Positions 45,847 to 54,933 are shown, numbered from the stretch's first letter. The stretch: DNA of 64,000 bases from an uncultured Hyphomicrobiales bacterium (GCA_964587395.1 CAZPMD010000009.1:1507-65506), one strand, 5' to 3'. Numbers and translations: made by a program. The notes: generated by a model from the letters alone, not told the origin.

Positions 45847-46902
45847 CTATGCCATCCGCGCCGCTGTGCTCGCCCGCCTTCGGGTCTTCCACAGGCTGTA
45901 GATCACGCCGCCGGCCAGAAGGCCGAGAGTGACCGTCAGTGACAGGACCGGGGGCAGCTTGTCGATGCCCATGAGGTCCGCGGCGAAGACCTTGCCGCCG
46001 ATGAAGACCAGGACGAGGGCCAGCGCCGTCTTGAGATAGTGGAAGCGATGCATCATGGCGGCGAGGGCGAAATAGAGGGCCCGCAGGCCCAGGATGGCGA
46101 AGATATTCGACGTGTAGACGATGAAGGGGTCCGTGGTGATGGCGAAGATCGCCGGCACCGAATCGACCGCAAATATAACGTCGGCGATCTCGATGAGAAC
46201 CAGGGCCATGAACAGCGGCGTCATGAACCAGACGCTGCGGCCGCTATCCGGCGCCTTGGGATCCGGCAATTTCACGAAGAACTTCTCGCCGTGATGCTCC
46301 TGCGTCACGTTGAAGCGCCGGCGCATGAAGGCGAGGACGGGGTTGGTGGAGATGTCGGTCTTGCCCTCCTTGAACACCAGCATCTTGATGCCGGTGGCGA
46401 CGAGGAAGGCGGCGAAGATGGTGAGGACCCAGGAGAACTGAGAGACCACCGCCGCGCCGACGCCGATCATGATGGCGCGCAGCACGATGACGCCGAGGAT
46501 GCCCCAGAACAGCACCCGGTGCTGGTATTTCCGCGGCACCGCGAAGAAGGAGAAGATCATCGCGATGACGAAGACGTTGTCCATCGCCAGCGCCTTCTCG
46601 ACCGCGAAGCCGGTGAGGTAGTTCATGCCGGATTCGGCGCCCAGCGCCCACCAGACCCAGACGCCGAAGGCGACGCCGAGCGAGATGTAGATGGCGGATA
46701 GAAGGAGGCTCTCGCGTGTCCCGATGTCGCGGTGCCCCCTGTGGAGCACGCCGAGGTCGAGGGCGAGCAGTGCGATGACGATGGCGAAGAAGGCGAGCCA
46801 CATCCAGACCGGCTTGGTCAGCCAGACGGAGAACACGAAGGTGCTGAGAAGTTCCATGACCGGACCCATTCTCTCGAGGTTGACGAGATAATCCGACATC
46901 AT
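45847..46902 (-). CDS. TerC/Alx-family integral membrane protein
   Basis: 351 aa. YLTGFAVEKALAMDNVFVIAMIF and AVDSVPAIFAIT TerC motifs. Its stop is 12 nt before the sbtA start. Confidence 0.85.
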   Translation of the reverse strand: MMSDYLVNLERMGPVMELLSTFVFSVWLTKPVWMWLAFFAIVIALLALDLGVLHRGHRDIGTRESLLLSAIYISLGVAFGVWVWWALGAESGMNYLTGFAVEKALAMDNVFVIAMIFSFFAVPRKYQHRVLFWGILGVIVLRAIMIGVGAAVVSQFSWVLTIFAAFLVATGIKMLVFKEGKTDISTNPVLAFMRRRFNVTQEHHGEKFFVKLPDPKAPDSGRSVWFMTPLFMALVLIEIADVIFAVDSVPAIFAITTDPFIVYTSNIFAILGLRALYFALAAMMHRFHYLKTALALVLVFIGGKVFAADLMGIDKLPPVLSLTVTLGLLAGGVIYSLWKTRRRASTAARMA

Positions 46903-47034
46903 GGCGGGACGCCATCAGAGGGGCCCGGATCGCGGCGGAAGACGCCGCAGGACTGTGGCGACAATCGGGCAGTGCGGCGTGGCTGCGACCAACCGCCTCA
47001 GGATGTGTGACGGACGCAGGGGCGATCGGGGGGC

Positions 47035-47220
47035 TCAGCCACCACCCTCACCGCCGGAGTCACCGCCAGAGGTGTAGGTGTCGCGGGGCGTGGGCGGTGC
47101 CCCATCGTCGCCGGAGACGAGCTCCTGAGAGGCGCCGGCCTCCTGGTTGCGCCCGAACATCCAGTAGAGACCGCCCGCGAGGCCGCCGCCGAGCGCCATG
47201 GCCACGATGATCCAGGTCAT
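47035..47220 (-). CDS. Small membrane-anchored hypothetical protein (61 aa)
   Basis: C-terminal part of ORF 47035..47511(-): MTWIIVAMALGGGLAGGLYWMFGRNQ... followed by an acidic, Gly-rich tail. High GC3. Confidence 0.45.
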   Translation of the reverse strand: MTWIIVAMALGGGLAGGLYWMFGRNQEAGASQELVSGDDGAPPTPRDTYTSGGDSGGEGGG

Positions 47221-47395
47221 CTGCCGATCCCCGTCCGTTATTCCAATACCGTCAGTCAGACGTGCCGGCGACGTCACGTCAAGAGCGCACGGTCCGGCGC
47301 TTCGCAAGGTCCGGCCGGGTTCCCCGCGTCGCGACCGCTCTTGCATCCGCGCGGTTCTCGCAGAAGGATGGCCACCCCATCGTGCAGGAGGCGTC

Positions 47396-48976
47396 GTGCC
47401 CACAACTCGTCTGGACCCCGTCGACGTGGTCGTCGTCGGATCGGGGCTTGGGGCTTCGGCCTTCGTTCGCCATCTCGTCGACACGGCGCCCGGTCTCAGG
47501 ATCGTCGTCATCGAGCGTGGCGGCTGGGTTGACCGCTCGACGCTTCCGGCGCTGAAGGCCGACTTCCAGCGCGACGTGCTGGGCGGCTATGCGACCTCGC
47601 CGAACGTCCGGCTTGCGGCAGGAGGCCACGCGCCCTCTGCCGACTACGCGATCGACGACAGCGGATCGGACTTCAAGCCGCTGATGTGGAGTGGCGTCGG
47701 GGGCTCGACCATCAACTGGGCCGCGCATTTTCCACGGTTCCACCCCTCCGACTTCCGCACCCGGACCCTCGACGGGGTCGGCGACGACTGGCCCTTCTCC
47801 TATGCCGATCTCGAGCCCTTCTACGACCTGAACGATGCACGCTTCGGCATTGCGGGCCTCGCCGGTGACCCGGCCTATCCGCCGAAGCCCGTGCGACCCA
47901 TGCCGCCCATCGGGCTCGGCAAGCTCGGAATGACGGCGGCGCGCGGCTTCGACAGGCTCGGCTGGCACTGGTGGCCGGTCGATTCCGCCATCAACAGCCG
48001 CGACCACGATGGCCGCCCCGCCTGCAATCACTGTGGCCCCTGCCAGCAGGGCTGCGTGACCGGTGCGAAGGCCTCCACCGACATGACCCACTGGCCCTAT
48101 GTTCTCGACCGTGGCGTGGAGCTGCGCACCGGCGCGGTCGTGCTGCAGGTGGAGATCGAGGCGGGCCGGGCGAGGGGCGTGACCTATCGCACGGTCGACG
48201 GTGACGTCTTCCAGCCGGCCCAGACGGTGGTGGTCGCCGGCAATGGTGTCGGCACGGCGCGGCTGCTGCTGGCTTCGGGACTTGCGTCCCCGGCTCTCGG
48301 CAAGAACCTGATGTTCCACGGCGCCGGCTATGTGCGCGGTTTTTTCGCCGAGGAACTCGACGGACCGGTCGGGCCGACGGGCTGCGCCATCTACAGCCAC
48401 GAGTTCTACGAGACCGACCGCTCGCGTGGCTTCGTCCGCGGCGTCCACCTGCAGGTGACGCGGGAGAACCCGCTGGCCGTGCAGGCGGCACGTCTCGCCG
48501 AGCCCTGGGGCGCGGACGCGCACAAGGCGCTGCTGCGGGAGTTCCGTCGCTCCATGGCTATTCTGGTGGTCAACGAGGACTTCCCTGAAGCGGAGAACCA
48601 TGTCGCCCTGACGGGTGAGACGGGGCCGGATGGGTTGCCGGGGGTAAAGGTGGTCTATCGGATCTCGGAGCACACCCGCCGGTCGCTCGACTTCGGTCTC
48701 GACCGCGCCGAGGAGATGCTGCGGGCGGCCGGTGCCATCGAGACCGTGCGCGTGCCGCTTGCGCCCTTCACCGGCTGGCACCTGCTCGGCACGGCGCGAA
48801 TGGGCCTCGATCCCGCCACCTCGGTCACCGACGGGAGGGGCCGCGTCCATGGCGTGGAAGGGCTCATCGTCGCCGACGGAAGCCTCTTCACCACCTCGGC
48901 GGCGGTCAACCCCGGATCGACGATCGGTGCGGTCGCCACCAAGGTGGCCGATGATTTCGCGCGGGAGGCCGCATGA
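47396..48976 (+). CDS. GMC-family FAD-dependent oxidoreductase
   Basis: ORF 47198..48976 trimmed to GTG 47396 (GGAGG 5 nt upstream). VDVVVVGSGLGASAF dinucleotide-binding motif. C-terminal GTARMG...VHGVEGLIVADGSLF GMC signature. Confidence 0.85.
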   Translation: MPTTRLDPVDVVVVGSGLGASAFVRHLVDTAPGLRIVVIERGGWVDRSTLPALKADFQRDVLGGYATSPNVRLAAGGHAPSADYAIDDSGSDFKPLMWSGVGGSTINWAAHFPRFHPSDFRTRTLDGVGDDWPFSYADLEPFYDLNDARFGIAGLAGDPAYPPKPVRPMPPIGLGKLGMTAARGFDRLGWHWWPVDSAINSRDHDGRPACNHCGPCQQGCVTGAKASTDMTHWPYVLDRGVELRTGAVVLQVEIEAGRARGVTYRTVDGDVFQPAQTVVVAGNGVGTARLLLASGLASPALGKNLMFHGAGYVRGFFAEELDGPVGPTGCAIYSHEFYETDRSRGFVRGVHLQVTRENPLAVQAARLAEPWGADAHKALLREFRRSMAILVVNEDFPEAENHVALTGETGPDGLPGVKVVYRISEHTRRSLDFGLDRAEEMLRAAGAIETVRVPLAPFTGWHLLGTARMGLDPATSVTDGRGRVHGVEGLIVADGSLFTTSAAVNPGSTIGAVATKVADDFAREAA

Positions 48977-49389
48977 GCACGTCTTTTGAACGGGCGGTGG
49001 CCGATACGCTGTTTCCGGGGGAGGGGGCCATCCCCTCCGCATCGCGGGCCGGGCTCTCGCTGGCCGCCATCGCGGATCGCCATCGCCCGGTGATGGAGGT
49101 GATTGCCGGAGAGGCTGGGGGCGAGGCCGCCTTCACGGCCGCCGGTGCGCAGCTGCGCGCAGCGGTCCTCCGCACGGTTGCGGCGAGGGAACCGCAGGCG
49201 TTTCAGGCTTTCGTTCTTTCGGTGTCGGCGCTCTATCATTCGAGCGCCGCGGTGCTGGAGGCCTATGGCTGGCCGTCCCGGGCACCGCAGCCCCAGGGCT
49301 TCGCCGTCGGCTTGCCCGCCGACGAGGTCGAGACGGTGCAACTTCTCGGCCGCGTCCGATCACGTCCGCCCCTGTGGCGCAGGGCGTGA
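48973..49389 (+). CDS. Hypothetical protein translationally coupled to the GMC oxidoreductase (possible small subunit)
   Basis: 138 aa. ATG overlaps the GMC stop (ATGA). No signal peptide and no recognisable motif. Confidence 0.5.
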   Translation: MSTSFERAVADTLFPGEGAIPSASRAGLSLAAIADRHRPVMEVIAGEAGGEAAFTAAGAQLRAAVLRTVAAREPQAFQAFVLSVSALYHSSAAVLEAYGWPSRAPQPQGFAVGLPADEVETVQLLGRVRSRPPLWRRA

Positions 49390-49415
49390 CCAGGCGGCTG
49401 TGACGCCCGATGCCG

Positions 49416-49658
49416 TCAGGAGGCGCGAGCGGCGCGGCGTGCGCGGGCCCTGGGAGGGGCCGCCGCGGCCGCCGCACGGGCGACGGCATCCTGCTGTTCC
49501 CGGGCGAGCCTGAGCTGGCGCAGCTTGTTCATGTTGTCGGTGCGCGCCGTGTTCGAATCCGCAATGTCCGACAGGATGCGGTCGCGCGTCATCGACTGCT
49601 TCTGGACCTTGAGGAAAGCGGCGTTGGCCTTCTGGTGGGACGGCGAAAGCGGACTCAT
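49416..49658 (-). CDS. Small conserved-looking hypothetical protein (80 aa), basic C-terminus
   Basis: MSPLSPSHQKANAAFLKVQKQSMTRDRILSDIADSNTARTDNMNKLRQLRLAREQQ... Reasonable codon usage. Family not recognised. Confidence 0.5.
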   Translation of the reverse strand: MSPLSPSHQKANAAFLKVQKQSMTRDRILSDIADSNTARTDNMNKLRQLRLAREQQDAVARAAAAAAPPRARARRAARAS

Positions 49659-49703
49659 GAAGAGACCTCCGGAAGTGTGCTGGCGGCGTGCCGCCTCAGG
49701 AAC

Positions 49704-49731
49704 AAAAAAGGCCAGGCGTGAGCCCGGCCTT
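49704..49731 (-). terminator. Rho-independent terminator of cspA (minus strand)
   Basis: Minus strand AAGGCCGGGC-tcac-GCCTGGCCTT followed by TTTTG. About 65 nt after the csp stop. Confidence 0.7.
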
Positions 49732-49797
49732 CCCCATCAGATCGCCTCGTCGTCGATCCCAGTACATCCGTGGTAACCGGACAGAGGCGAAGTGCAA

Positions 49798-50007
49798 TCA
49801 AGCGGCCTGGAGCTGTTCGGCCGCCATCTTGCCCGACTTGTTGTCGCGCATGACTTCGTAGCCGAGCTTCTGGCCCTCGACGATTTCGCGCATTCCGGCG
49901 CGCTCGACGGCAGAGATGTGGACGAAAACGTCGGCGCCGCCGTCATCCGGCTGAATGAAGCCGAAACCCTTGGTGGCGTTGAACCATTTCACTGTGCCGG
50001 TGGTCAT
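49798..50007 (-). CDS. cspA: Cold-shock protein (CspA family)
   Basis: 69 aa. [34 protein letters not shown] carries the RNP1/RNP2 motifs. Confidence 0.93.
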   Translation of the reverse strand: MTTGTVKWFNATKGFGFIQPDDGGADVFVHISAVERAGMREIVEGQKLGYEVMRDNKSGKMAAEQLQAA

Positions 50008-50290
50008 GACAAACCCTCCCTTTTGGCAAATGCAGACCTCCGCGCGAATGCGCGTCGGGGCAGAACGATTTTCGAAGGGGGAAGTTCGTCAGAAGCGCGC
50101 CGAAGCGGCAATAAAACAAAGTTCAGCCGAGCAAACATCGATGGCGCCTTATGAGCCTCAATGGAACCGAACGCAAGGAAAATCGTCATGTGACCTCGAT
50201 CATCGATGATTCTTCCGAGATCACAGTGATGATATCGTTCAGAATTACTGATTTTATTTTGCTCCGACGGAAGTCCTTTCCATAGCCTCT

Positions 50291-50332
50291 CCGGGTCCGG
50301 GTCCGGGTCCGGGTCCGGGTCCGGGTCCGGGG
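50291..50332. repeat. Hexanucleotide microsatellite (CCGGGT)x6 plus one degenerate unit (CCGGGG)
   Basis: ccgggtccgggtccgggtccgggtccgggtccgggtccgggg, read directly from the sequence. Lies in the intergenic region between cspA (-) and the DUF3429 gene (+). Confidence 0.95.
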
Positions 50333-50473
50333 GAAGGGCGCCCGCTCGTCGGGCTGCCCCGGGGATGCGTGCGGCCGCGGGTACGGCGCGGAATCCGGCA
50401 ATGGCCACTGACCCGTTTGCTGCACGGGCTCGTAGAGGGTCGCGTGGATTGCCGGTGACAGGGGGATGAGCCG

Positions 50474-50944
50474 ATGCTGGCGAAAGAGGCGAGCGATGAC
50501 GGCGAGGCCATGCCGGCCGTGACGCTGTGGCTTGGGCTCGGCGGGCTCGTGCCCTTCATCGTGCTGGCGGGGGCGCTCGTCCTCGGCACGTCGCTGCCGC
50601 TGGTCGGCGGCGTCGATGCCATCCGCCAGGCGCTGATGATCTATGCCGTTGCCATCCTGTCCTTCCTCGGTGGCGTGCGATGGGGCATCGCCATGGGCTA
50701 CTCCGACAGCAAGGCGGCGATCCGCGACTTCCTCATCTCGGTCGTGCCAGCCGTCCTGGGCTGGGCCGCGGCGCTGGTGGCGCCGGCCTCCGGACTCTGG
50801 ATGATGACCGTCGCCTTCGTGTTGCTGGGGCTCTACGACTACGGCCTCGCCTGCCGCACGGTGGTGCCGGAATGGTACGGGCGGCTGCGACTCGGACTCA
50901 GCGCCGCTGTTTCGGCGCTGCTGGCGGCTGCGGCTCTGGCCTGA
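50474..50944 (+). CDS. DUF3429-like membrane protein
   Basis: 156 aa with 4 TM segments. LMIYAVAILSFLGGVRWGIAMG matches the DUF3429 signature. Start codon uncertain (alternative ATG at 50510). Confidence 0.7.
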   Translation: MLAKEASDDGEAMPAVTLWLGLGGLVPFIVLAGALVLGTSLPLVGGVDAIRQALMIYAVAILSFLGGVRWGIAMGYSDSKAAIRDFLISVVPAVLGWAAALVAPASGLWMMTVAFVLLGLYDYGLACRTVVPEWYGRLRLGLSAAVSALLAAAALA

Positions 50945-50949
50945 CGGGT

Positions 50950-51495
50950 TCAGGCGCGATCGGCGGGCGGCGTCCTGTCGCCATCGCCGAGCGGCCGCTG
51001 CATCAGCACGCAATCGACCCAGCGGTCCAGTTTCCAGCCGATGGACGGCAGCACGCCGACCACGGTGAAGCCGCAGGCGCGATGCAGCGCGATCGAACCG
51101 TGGTTGCCGAGATTGCCGATGACCGCGATCATCTGCCGGTAGCCGAGCGCGGCGCACTCTTCGATGAGGCGGGTGAGCAAGGCCCTGCCGACGCCCTTGC
51201 CCTGGGCTGCGGGCGAGACATAGACCGAGTTCTCGCAGGCGAAGCGGTAGCCGGGGCGTGCGCGGTAGGCGCTGGCATAGGCATAGCCGGCGACCGCACC
51301 GTCGATCTCCGCGACGAGATAGGGATAGCCGGCGTCGAGGATCGCAGCCTGTCGCTTCGCCATCTCCGCCTGGTCCGGCGGCTCGTACTCGAACGAGGCG
51401 ATGCCGTCCCGGACGTTCGGGCCGTAGATGGCGGTGATGGCGGGAATGTCGGCGGGTGTGGCCGGACGGAGGGACAAGGGAGATCGGACGGACAC
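50950..51495 (-). CDS. GNAT N-acetyltransferase, phosphinothricin/methionine-sulfoximine acetyltransferase-like
   Basis: 181 aa. RPATPADIPAITAIYGPNVRDGIASFEYEPP ... VSPAAQGKGVGRALL acetyl-CoA-binding motif. Confidence 0.8.
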   Translation of the reverse strand: MSVRSPLSLRPATPADIPAITAIYGPNVRDGIASFEYEPPDQAEMAKRQAAILDAGYPYLVAEIDGAVAGYAYASAYRARPGYRFACENSVYVSPAAQGKGVGRALLTRLIEECAALGYRQMIAVIGNLGNHGSIALHRACGFTVVGVLPSIGWKLDRWVDCVLMQRPLGDGDRTPPADRA

Positions 51496-51604
51496 GGTGG
51501 ACCTGTTCAGAGCGGTGACAGGTTCTATTGTCCGCTCACGGCCAACGGCACAAGCCGGTTCGGCCCATCCCAGCCATCGACTATTGACGGAGCGGGCGTG
51601 CCGC

Positions 51605-51802
51605 TCAGCTCACGCGCACGAAGCGGCGGATGCGCGAGCGGGGCTTGGCGACGCGGCGGGTGACGGTGACGCCGCGGGTCGCAACCTCGATGCGGCGATC
51701 CTGCGAGGGCACGAAGAAGCGCGCGGTCTCGGAGGCGCCGTCCACCTTCAGGAAGTCGGCATCGAGGGCGCGCATGAGCGACTTCACCGAACCAAACGTC
51801 AC
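51605..51802 (-). CDS. Hypothetical small basic protein (65 aa, GTG start)
   Basis: ORF 51605..51889(-) would overlap the tRNA. Trimmed to GTG 51802 (GAGGGAG SD): MTFGSVKSLMRALDADFLKVDGASETARFFVPS... Confidence 0.4.
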   Translation of the reverse strand: MTFGSVKSLMRALDADFLKVDGASETARFFVPSQDRRIEVATRGVTVTRRVAKPRSRIRRFVRVS

Positions 51803-51844
51803 GGAAAGCTCCCTCGTCACGCTCGACGACGAACTGAAGAAAAT

Positions 51845-51919
51845 TGGAGCGGGAGAAGGGATTCGAACCCTCGACCCCAACCTTGGCAAGGTTGTGCTCT
51901 ACCCCTGAGCTACTCCCGC
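51845..51919 (-). tRNA. tRNA-Gly (anticodon GCC)
   Basis: Minus strand GCGGGAGTAGCTCAGGGGTAGAGCACAACCTTGCCAAGGTTGGGGTCGAGGGTTCGAATCCCTTCTCCCGCTCCA. Cloverleaf with anticodon loop CTTGCCAAG, T-loop GGTTCGAATCC and encoded CCA. Confidence 0.93.
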
Positions 51920-51960
51920 ATCCGGGTACCCGCCAGCGCCTGGGCGCCGGGGGAGGGCGG

Positions 51961-51990
51961 TTCTATGCCAAAGGACGCCGACGATTGCAA
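51961..51990 (-). promoter_or_regulatory. Candidate sigma70-type promoter for tRNA-Gly (TTGCAA-N17-CATAGAA)
   Basis: Minus strand TTGCAAtcgtcggcgtcctttggCATAGAA, about 40 nt upstream of the mature tRNA 5' end. Confidence 0.3.
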
Positions 51991-52148
51991 TGGCCCGCCC
52001 GCACTTTTTTCCCGGGCGGAAGAGCAGCAGCAATCGCGGCGGCTTTGACGCTGCGGGAACGCCCGGCTATCCCCTTGGGTGACGGCATGACCGGCTGCCC
52101 TGCTGCGGCCGCGAGAAGCCGAGGTCGACGCGGCGGTGGAGAGGTTGC

Positions 52149-53477
52149 ATGGGGTTCGGCTTTCTCGCGCTTCCGGACGCGGCGGACTATGTCCTCCAGG
52201 ATGCGACGGTGCCTGCGAGCCTCGTCGCCGGGAACGCGCCGGCAGAGCCGCGCGACGGCCTGGTGAGGGCCGACATCACCGTGCGGGACGGCACCATCGG
52301 CGCCGTGACGGCGCCGGGCGCGTCGACGCCTGGCGGGCTCGCGCGGGTTCCGCTCGACGGGGCCATGGTCTTCCCCTGCTTCGTCGATGCCCATACCCAT
52401 CTCGACAAGGGGCACATCTGGCCGCGCGCCTCCAACCCGGACGGCACCTTTCCGGGCGCGCTGGCGGCCGTCGGGGCCGATCGCGAGCGCAACTGGTCGG
52501 CCGATGACGTGCGCGCCCGCATGACCTTCGCGCTGAAGGCGGCCCATGCCTATGGCACCGCGGCCATCCGCACCCATCTCGATTCGATTCCGGCGCAGAT
52601 CGACATCTCCTGGCCGCTCTTCGCCGAGATCCGGGAGGAATGGCGGGGCCGCATCGACCTGCAGGCCTCCTCGCTCTGCGGTATCGATATCGCGGTGGAG
52701 CCGGGCTATCTCGACCGCATGGCGTCGGTCGCGAAGGCGACCGGCGGTGGCCTCGGCTGCGTCACCTACATGTCGCCGAACCTGCCGGGGGGACTCGATT
52801 CCATCTTCCGCACGGCGCTCGCTTCCGGCCTGCCGCTCGATTTCCACGTGGACGAGACGCTCGACCCGACGGCGGATTCGCTCAGGCTCATCGCCGAGGC
52901 GGCGATCCGCCACGGCTGGCGGGCCAACGGCGACGGGACCATCGTGGTCGGACATTGCTGCTCGCTGTCGATGCAGGCCGAGGACGTCGTGCAGACGACG
53001 CTCGACCGCATCGCGGAGGCTGGCCTCGCCGTCGTGTCGCTGCCCATGTGCAACATGTACCTGCAGGACCGGCAGGCCGGCCGCACGCCGCGCCGCCGCG
53101 GCGTCACGCTGCTGCACGAGATGAAGGCGCGGGGCATCGCGGTGATGGTGGCGAGCGACAACACCCGCGACCCCTTCTATGCCTATGGCGACCTCGACAT
53201 GCTGGAGACCTATCGCGAGGCGACGCGGATCCTGCATTTCGACCATCCGGTGGGAGACTGGCCGCGGGCCGCCACAGCGACGCCGGCCGAGGCCTGCGGC
53301 TTTGCCGGACGCGGCGTCATCGGGCCCGGGCTCGCGGCGGACCTCGTGGTGTTTCGCGGGCGGAGCTGGACCGAGCTGCTGTCACGACCGCAGTCGGACC
53401 GCACGGTGATCCGTGGCGGCCGCGCCATCGACACGACCCTGCCCGATTATCGCGACCTCGACAGGCTGTGGAGCTGA
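52149..53477 (+). CDS. Amidohydrolase-superfamily protein, cytosine deaminase-like
   Basis: 442 aa. FVDAHTHLDKGHIW metal-binding motif, plus HVDE and VMVASDNTRDPFYAYG motifs typical of CodA/AtzC-type deaminases. Confidence 0.75.
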   Translation: MGFGFLALPDAADYVLQDATVPASLVAGNAPAEPRDGLVRADITVRDGTIGAVTAPGASTPGGLARVPLDGAMVFPCFVDAHTHLDKGHIWPRASNPDGTFPGALAAVGADRERNWSADDVRARMTFALKAAHAYGTAAIRTHLDSIPAQIDISWPLFAEIREEWRGRIDLQASSLCGIDIAVEPGYLDRMASVAKATGGGLGCVTYMSPNLPGGLDSIFRTALASGLPLDFHVDETLDPTADSLRLIAEAAIRHGWRANGDGTIVVGHCCSLSMQAEDVVQTTLDRIAEAGLAVVSLPMCNMYLQDRQAGRTPRRRGVTLLHEMKARGIAVMVASDNTRDPFYAYGDLDMLETYREATRILHFDHPVGDWPRAATATPAEACGFAGRGVIGPGLAADLVVFRGRSWTELLSRPQSDRTVIRGGRAIDTTLPDYRDLDRLWS

Positions 53478-53481
53478 TCCC

Positions 53482-54933
53482 ATGACGACTGGTGAGACGA
53501 CTGCCGGCGCGAGCCGCCCGCGCTACGACATCGACGGGCTGAAGGCGAAGCTCGCGGGCATCAAGTCCGAGGATAATGCCAATCTCGTCCGCCAGAAGAG
53601 CCGCGACTTCTACTGGTACTCGCCGACGCTGAAGCGCCAGCTCGACCATGTCATCGGCGACATCATCGTCTCGCCGGTGAGCGAGCAGGAGGTGGTGCGC
53701 GTACTCGCCGCAGCCCATGATCTCGGCATCCCGGTGACGCCGCGCGGCACGGGCACCGGCAACTACGGCCAGGCCATGCCGCTGTCCGGCGGCATCGTTC
53801 TCGACCTCTCCGGCATGAACAAGATACTCACCGTGCAGCCGGGCCGCTTTGTGGCGGAAGCCGGCACCATCGTCGCCGAGATCGACAAGGTCGCCCGGCC
53901 GCAGGCGCAGGAGGTGCGCATGCATCCCTCGACCTATGCGACCGCCTCCATCGGCGGCTTCATCGCCGGCGGCTCCGGCGGCGTCGGGTCCATCACCTGG
54001 GGTGGCCTGCGCGATGCCGGCAACGTCATCAGCCTCAGGGTCGTCACCATGGAGGCGAGCCCGCGCGTGCTGCAATTGTCGGGCGACGACCTCGCCAAGG
54101 TCGCCCATGCCTACGGCACCAACGGCGTCATCACCGAGGTGGAGATGCCGCTCGGCCCTGCCTACCCCTGGGTCGATGTCTTCCTCGGCTTCGAGACCTT
54201 CGAGCGGGCCGCCGCCTTCGCCAACATGCTCGGCGAGCAGGACGGCATCGCCAAGAAGAACATCTCGGTCATCGCGGCGCCGGCGCCGCAGACCTATTTC
54301 CTGCGCCACCAGGACTACATGCCGCCGGGCCAGCACGTGGTTGTGGCGGTCCTCGCCGACTTCGCCGTGGATGCGGCGCTGAACCTCGCGGCCAAGGCGA
54401 AGGCGGAGCTGCTGCTGCGGTCTGACAAACTCTCTGACGAGGAGCGGCGCAAGCTGCCGCCCGGCTTCGAGCTGACCTGGAACCACACTACGCTGCGGGC
54501 CCTGAGGGTCGATCCGGCCATCACCTACCTGCAGGTGCTCTATCCCTTCCCGAACCAGGTCGCGCTCTCTGCTGCACTGGAGGAGCGGTTCGGCGACGAG
54601 ATGATCAGCCATCTCGAGTTCGTCCGCTTCGACGGCAAGGTCACCTGTTTCGGCCTGCCGATGGTGCGCTTCACCACGGAGGAGCGCCTCGAGGAGATCA
54701 TGAGGATCCACGAGGACATGGGAGCACCGATCTTCAACCCCCACCGCTACACGCTGGAGGAGGGCGGCATGAAGCAGACCGACGAGGTGCAACTCGCCTT
54801 CAAGAAGGAGGCCGATCCGCAAGGCCTGCTCAATCCCGGCAAGATGATCGCCTGGGAGGATCCGAGCTACGACTACAAGGCGGGCGGCACCTTCCTGTTC
54901 AAGGGGCTGGCGGGGGAAGGGGCCAAGGCGTGA
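53482..54933 (+). CDS. FAD-binding (PCMH/FAD_binding_4 type) oxidoreductase
   Basis: ORF 53413..54933 trimmed to ATG 53482 (GGAG upstream). IPVTPRGTGTGNYGQAMP FAD-binding motif. Confidence 0.75.
   Translation: MTTGETTAGASRPRYDIDGLKAKLAGIKSEDNANLVRQKSRDFYWYSPTLKRQLDHVIGDIIVSPVSEQEVVRVLAAAHDLGIPVTPRGTGTGNYGQAMPLSGGIVLDLSGMNKILTVQPGRFVAEAGTIVAEIDKVARPQAQEVRMHPSTYATASIGGFIAGGSGGVGSITWGGLRDAGNVISLRVVTMEASPRVLQLSGDDLAKVAHAYGTNGVITEVEMPLGPAYPWVDVFLGFETFERAAAFANMLGEQDGIAKKNISVIAAPAPQTYFLRHQDYMPPGQHVVVAVLADFAVDAALNLAAKAKAELLLRSDKLSDEERRKLPPGFELTWNHTTLRALRVDPAITYLQVLYPFPNQVALSAALEERFGDEMISHLEFVRFDGKVTCFGLPMVRFTTEERLEEIMRIHEDMGAPIFNPHRYTLEEGGMKQTDEVQLAFKKEADPQGLLNPGKMIAWEDPSYDYKAGGTFLFKGLAGEGAKA

Noticed and set aside
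46903-47034. A possible yybP-ykoY (Mn) riboswitch upstream of the TerC/Alx-family gene.
   Set aside because: Reading the minus-strand leader, I could not find the conserved GGGGAGUAG-type or other core motifs of that riboswitch. A covariance-model scan would be the decisive test.
50163-50187. GGAAC-N16-CGTC on the plus strand in the cspA/DUF3429 intergenic region. A related CGAAC-N16-CGTT sits on the minus strand near 50064-50088.
   Set aside because: Each has a mismatch in a core position (final T of the -10, or first G of the -35). The plus-strand site is about 290 nt from the nearest downstream start. Noted only as weak candidates.
50004-50408. 134-aa minus-strand ORF containing a PDPDPDPDPDP repeat (translation of the hexamer microsatellite).
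   Set aside because: It overlaps the cspA start and runs through an AT-rich, poorly coding-like tract. It has no SD and no family resemblance. The repeat is better treated as non-coding.
49400-51919. A possible genomic islet integrated at tRNA-Gly. The evidence considered was small mixed-orientation genes, an AT-rich patch and a microsatellite downstream of the tRNA 3' end.
   Set aside because: I saw no integrase, no direct repeat of the tRNA 3' end and no mobility genes. The gene content (csp, GNAT, DUF3429) is ordinary.
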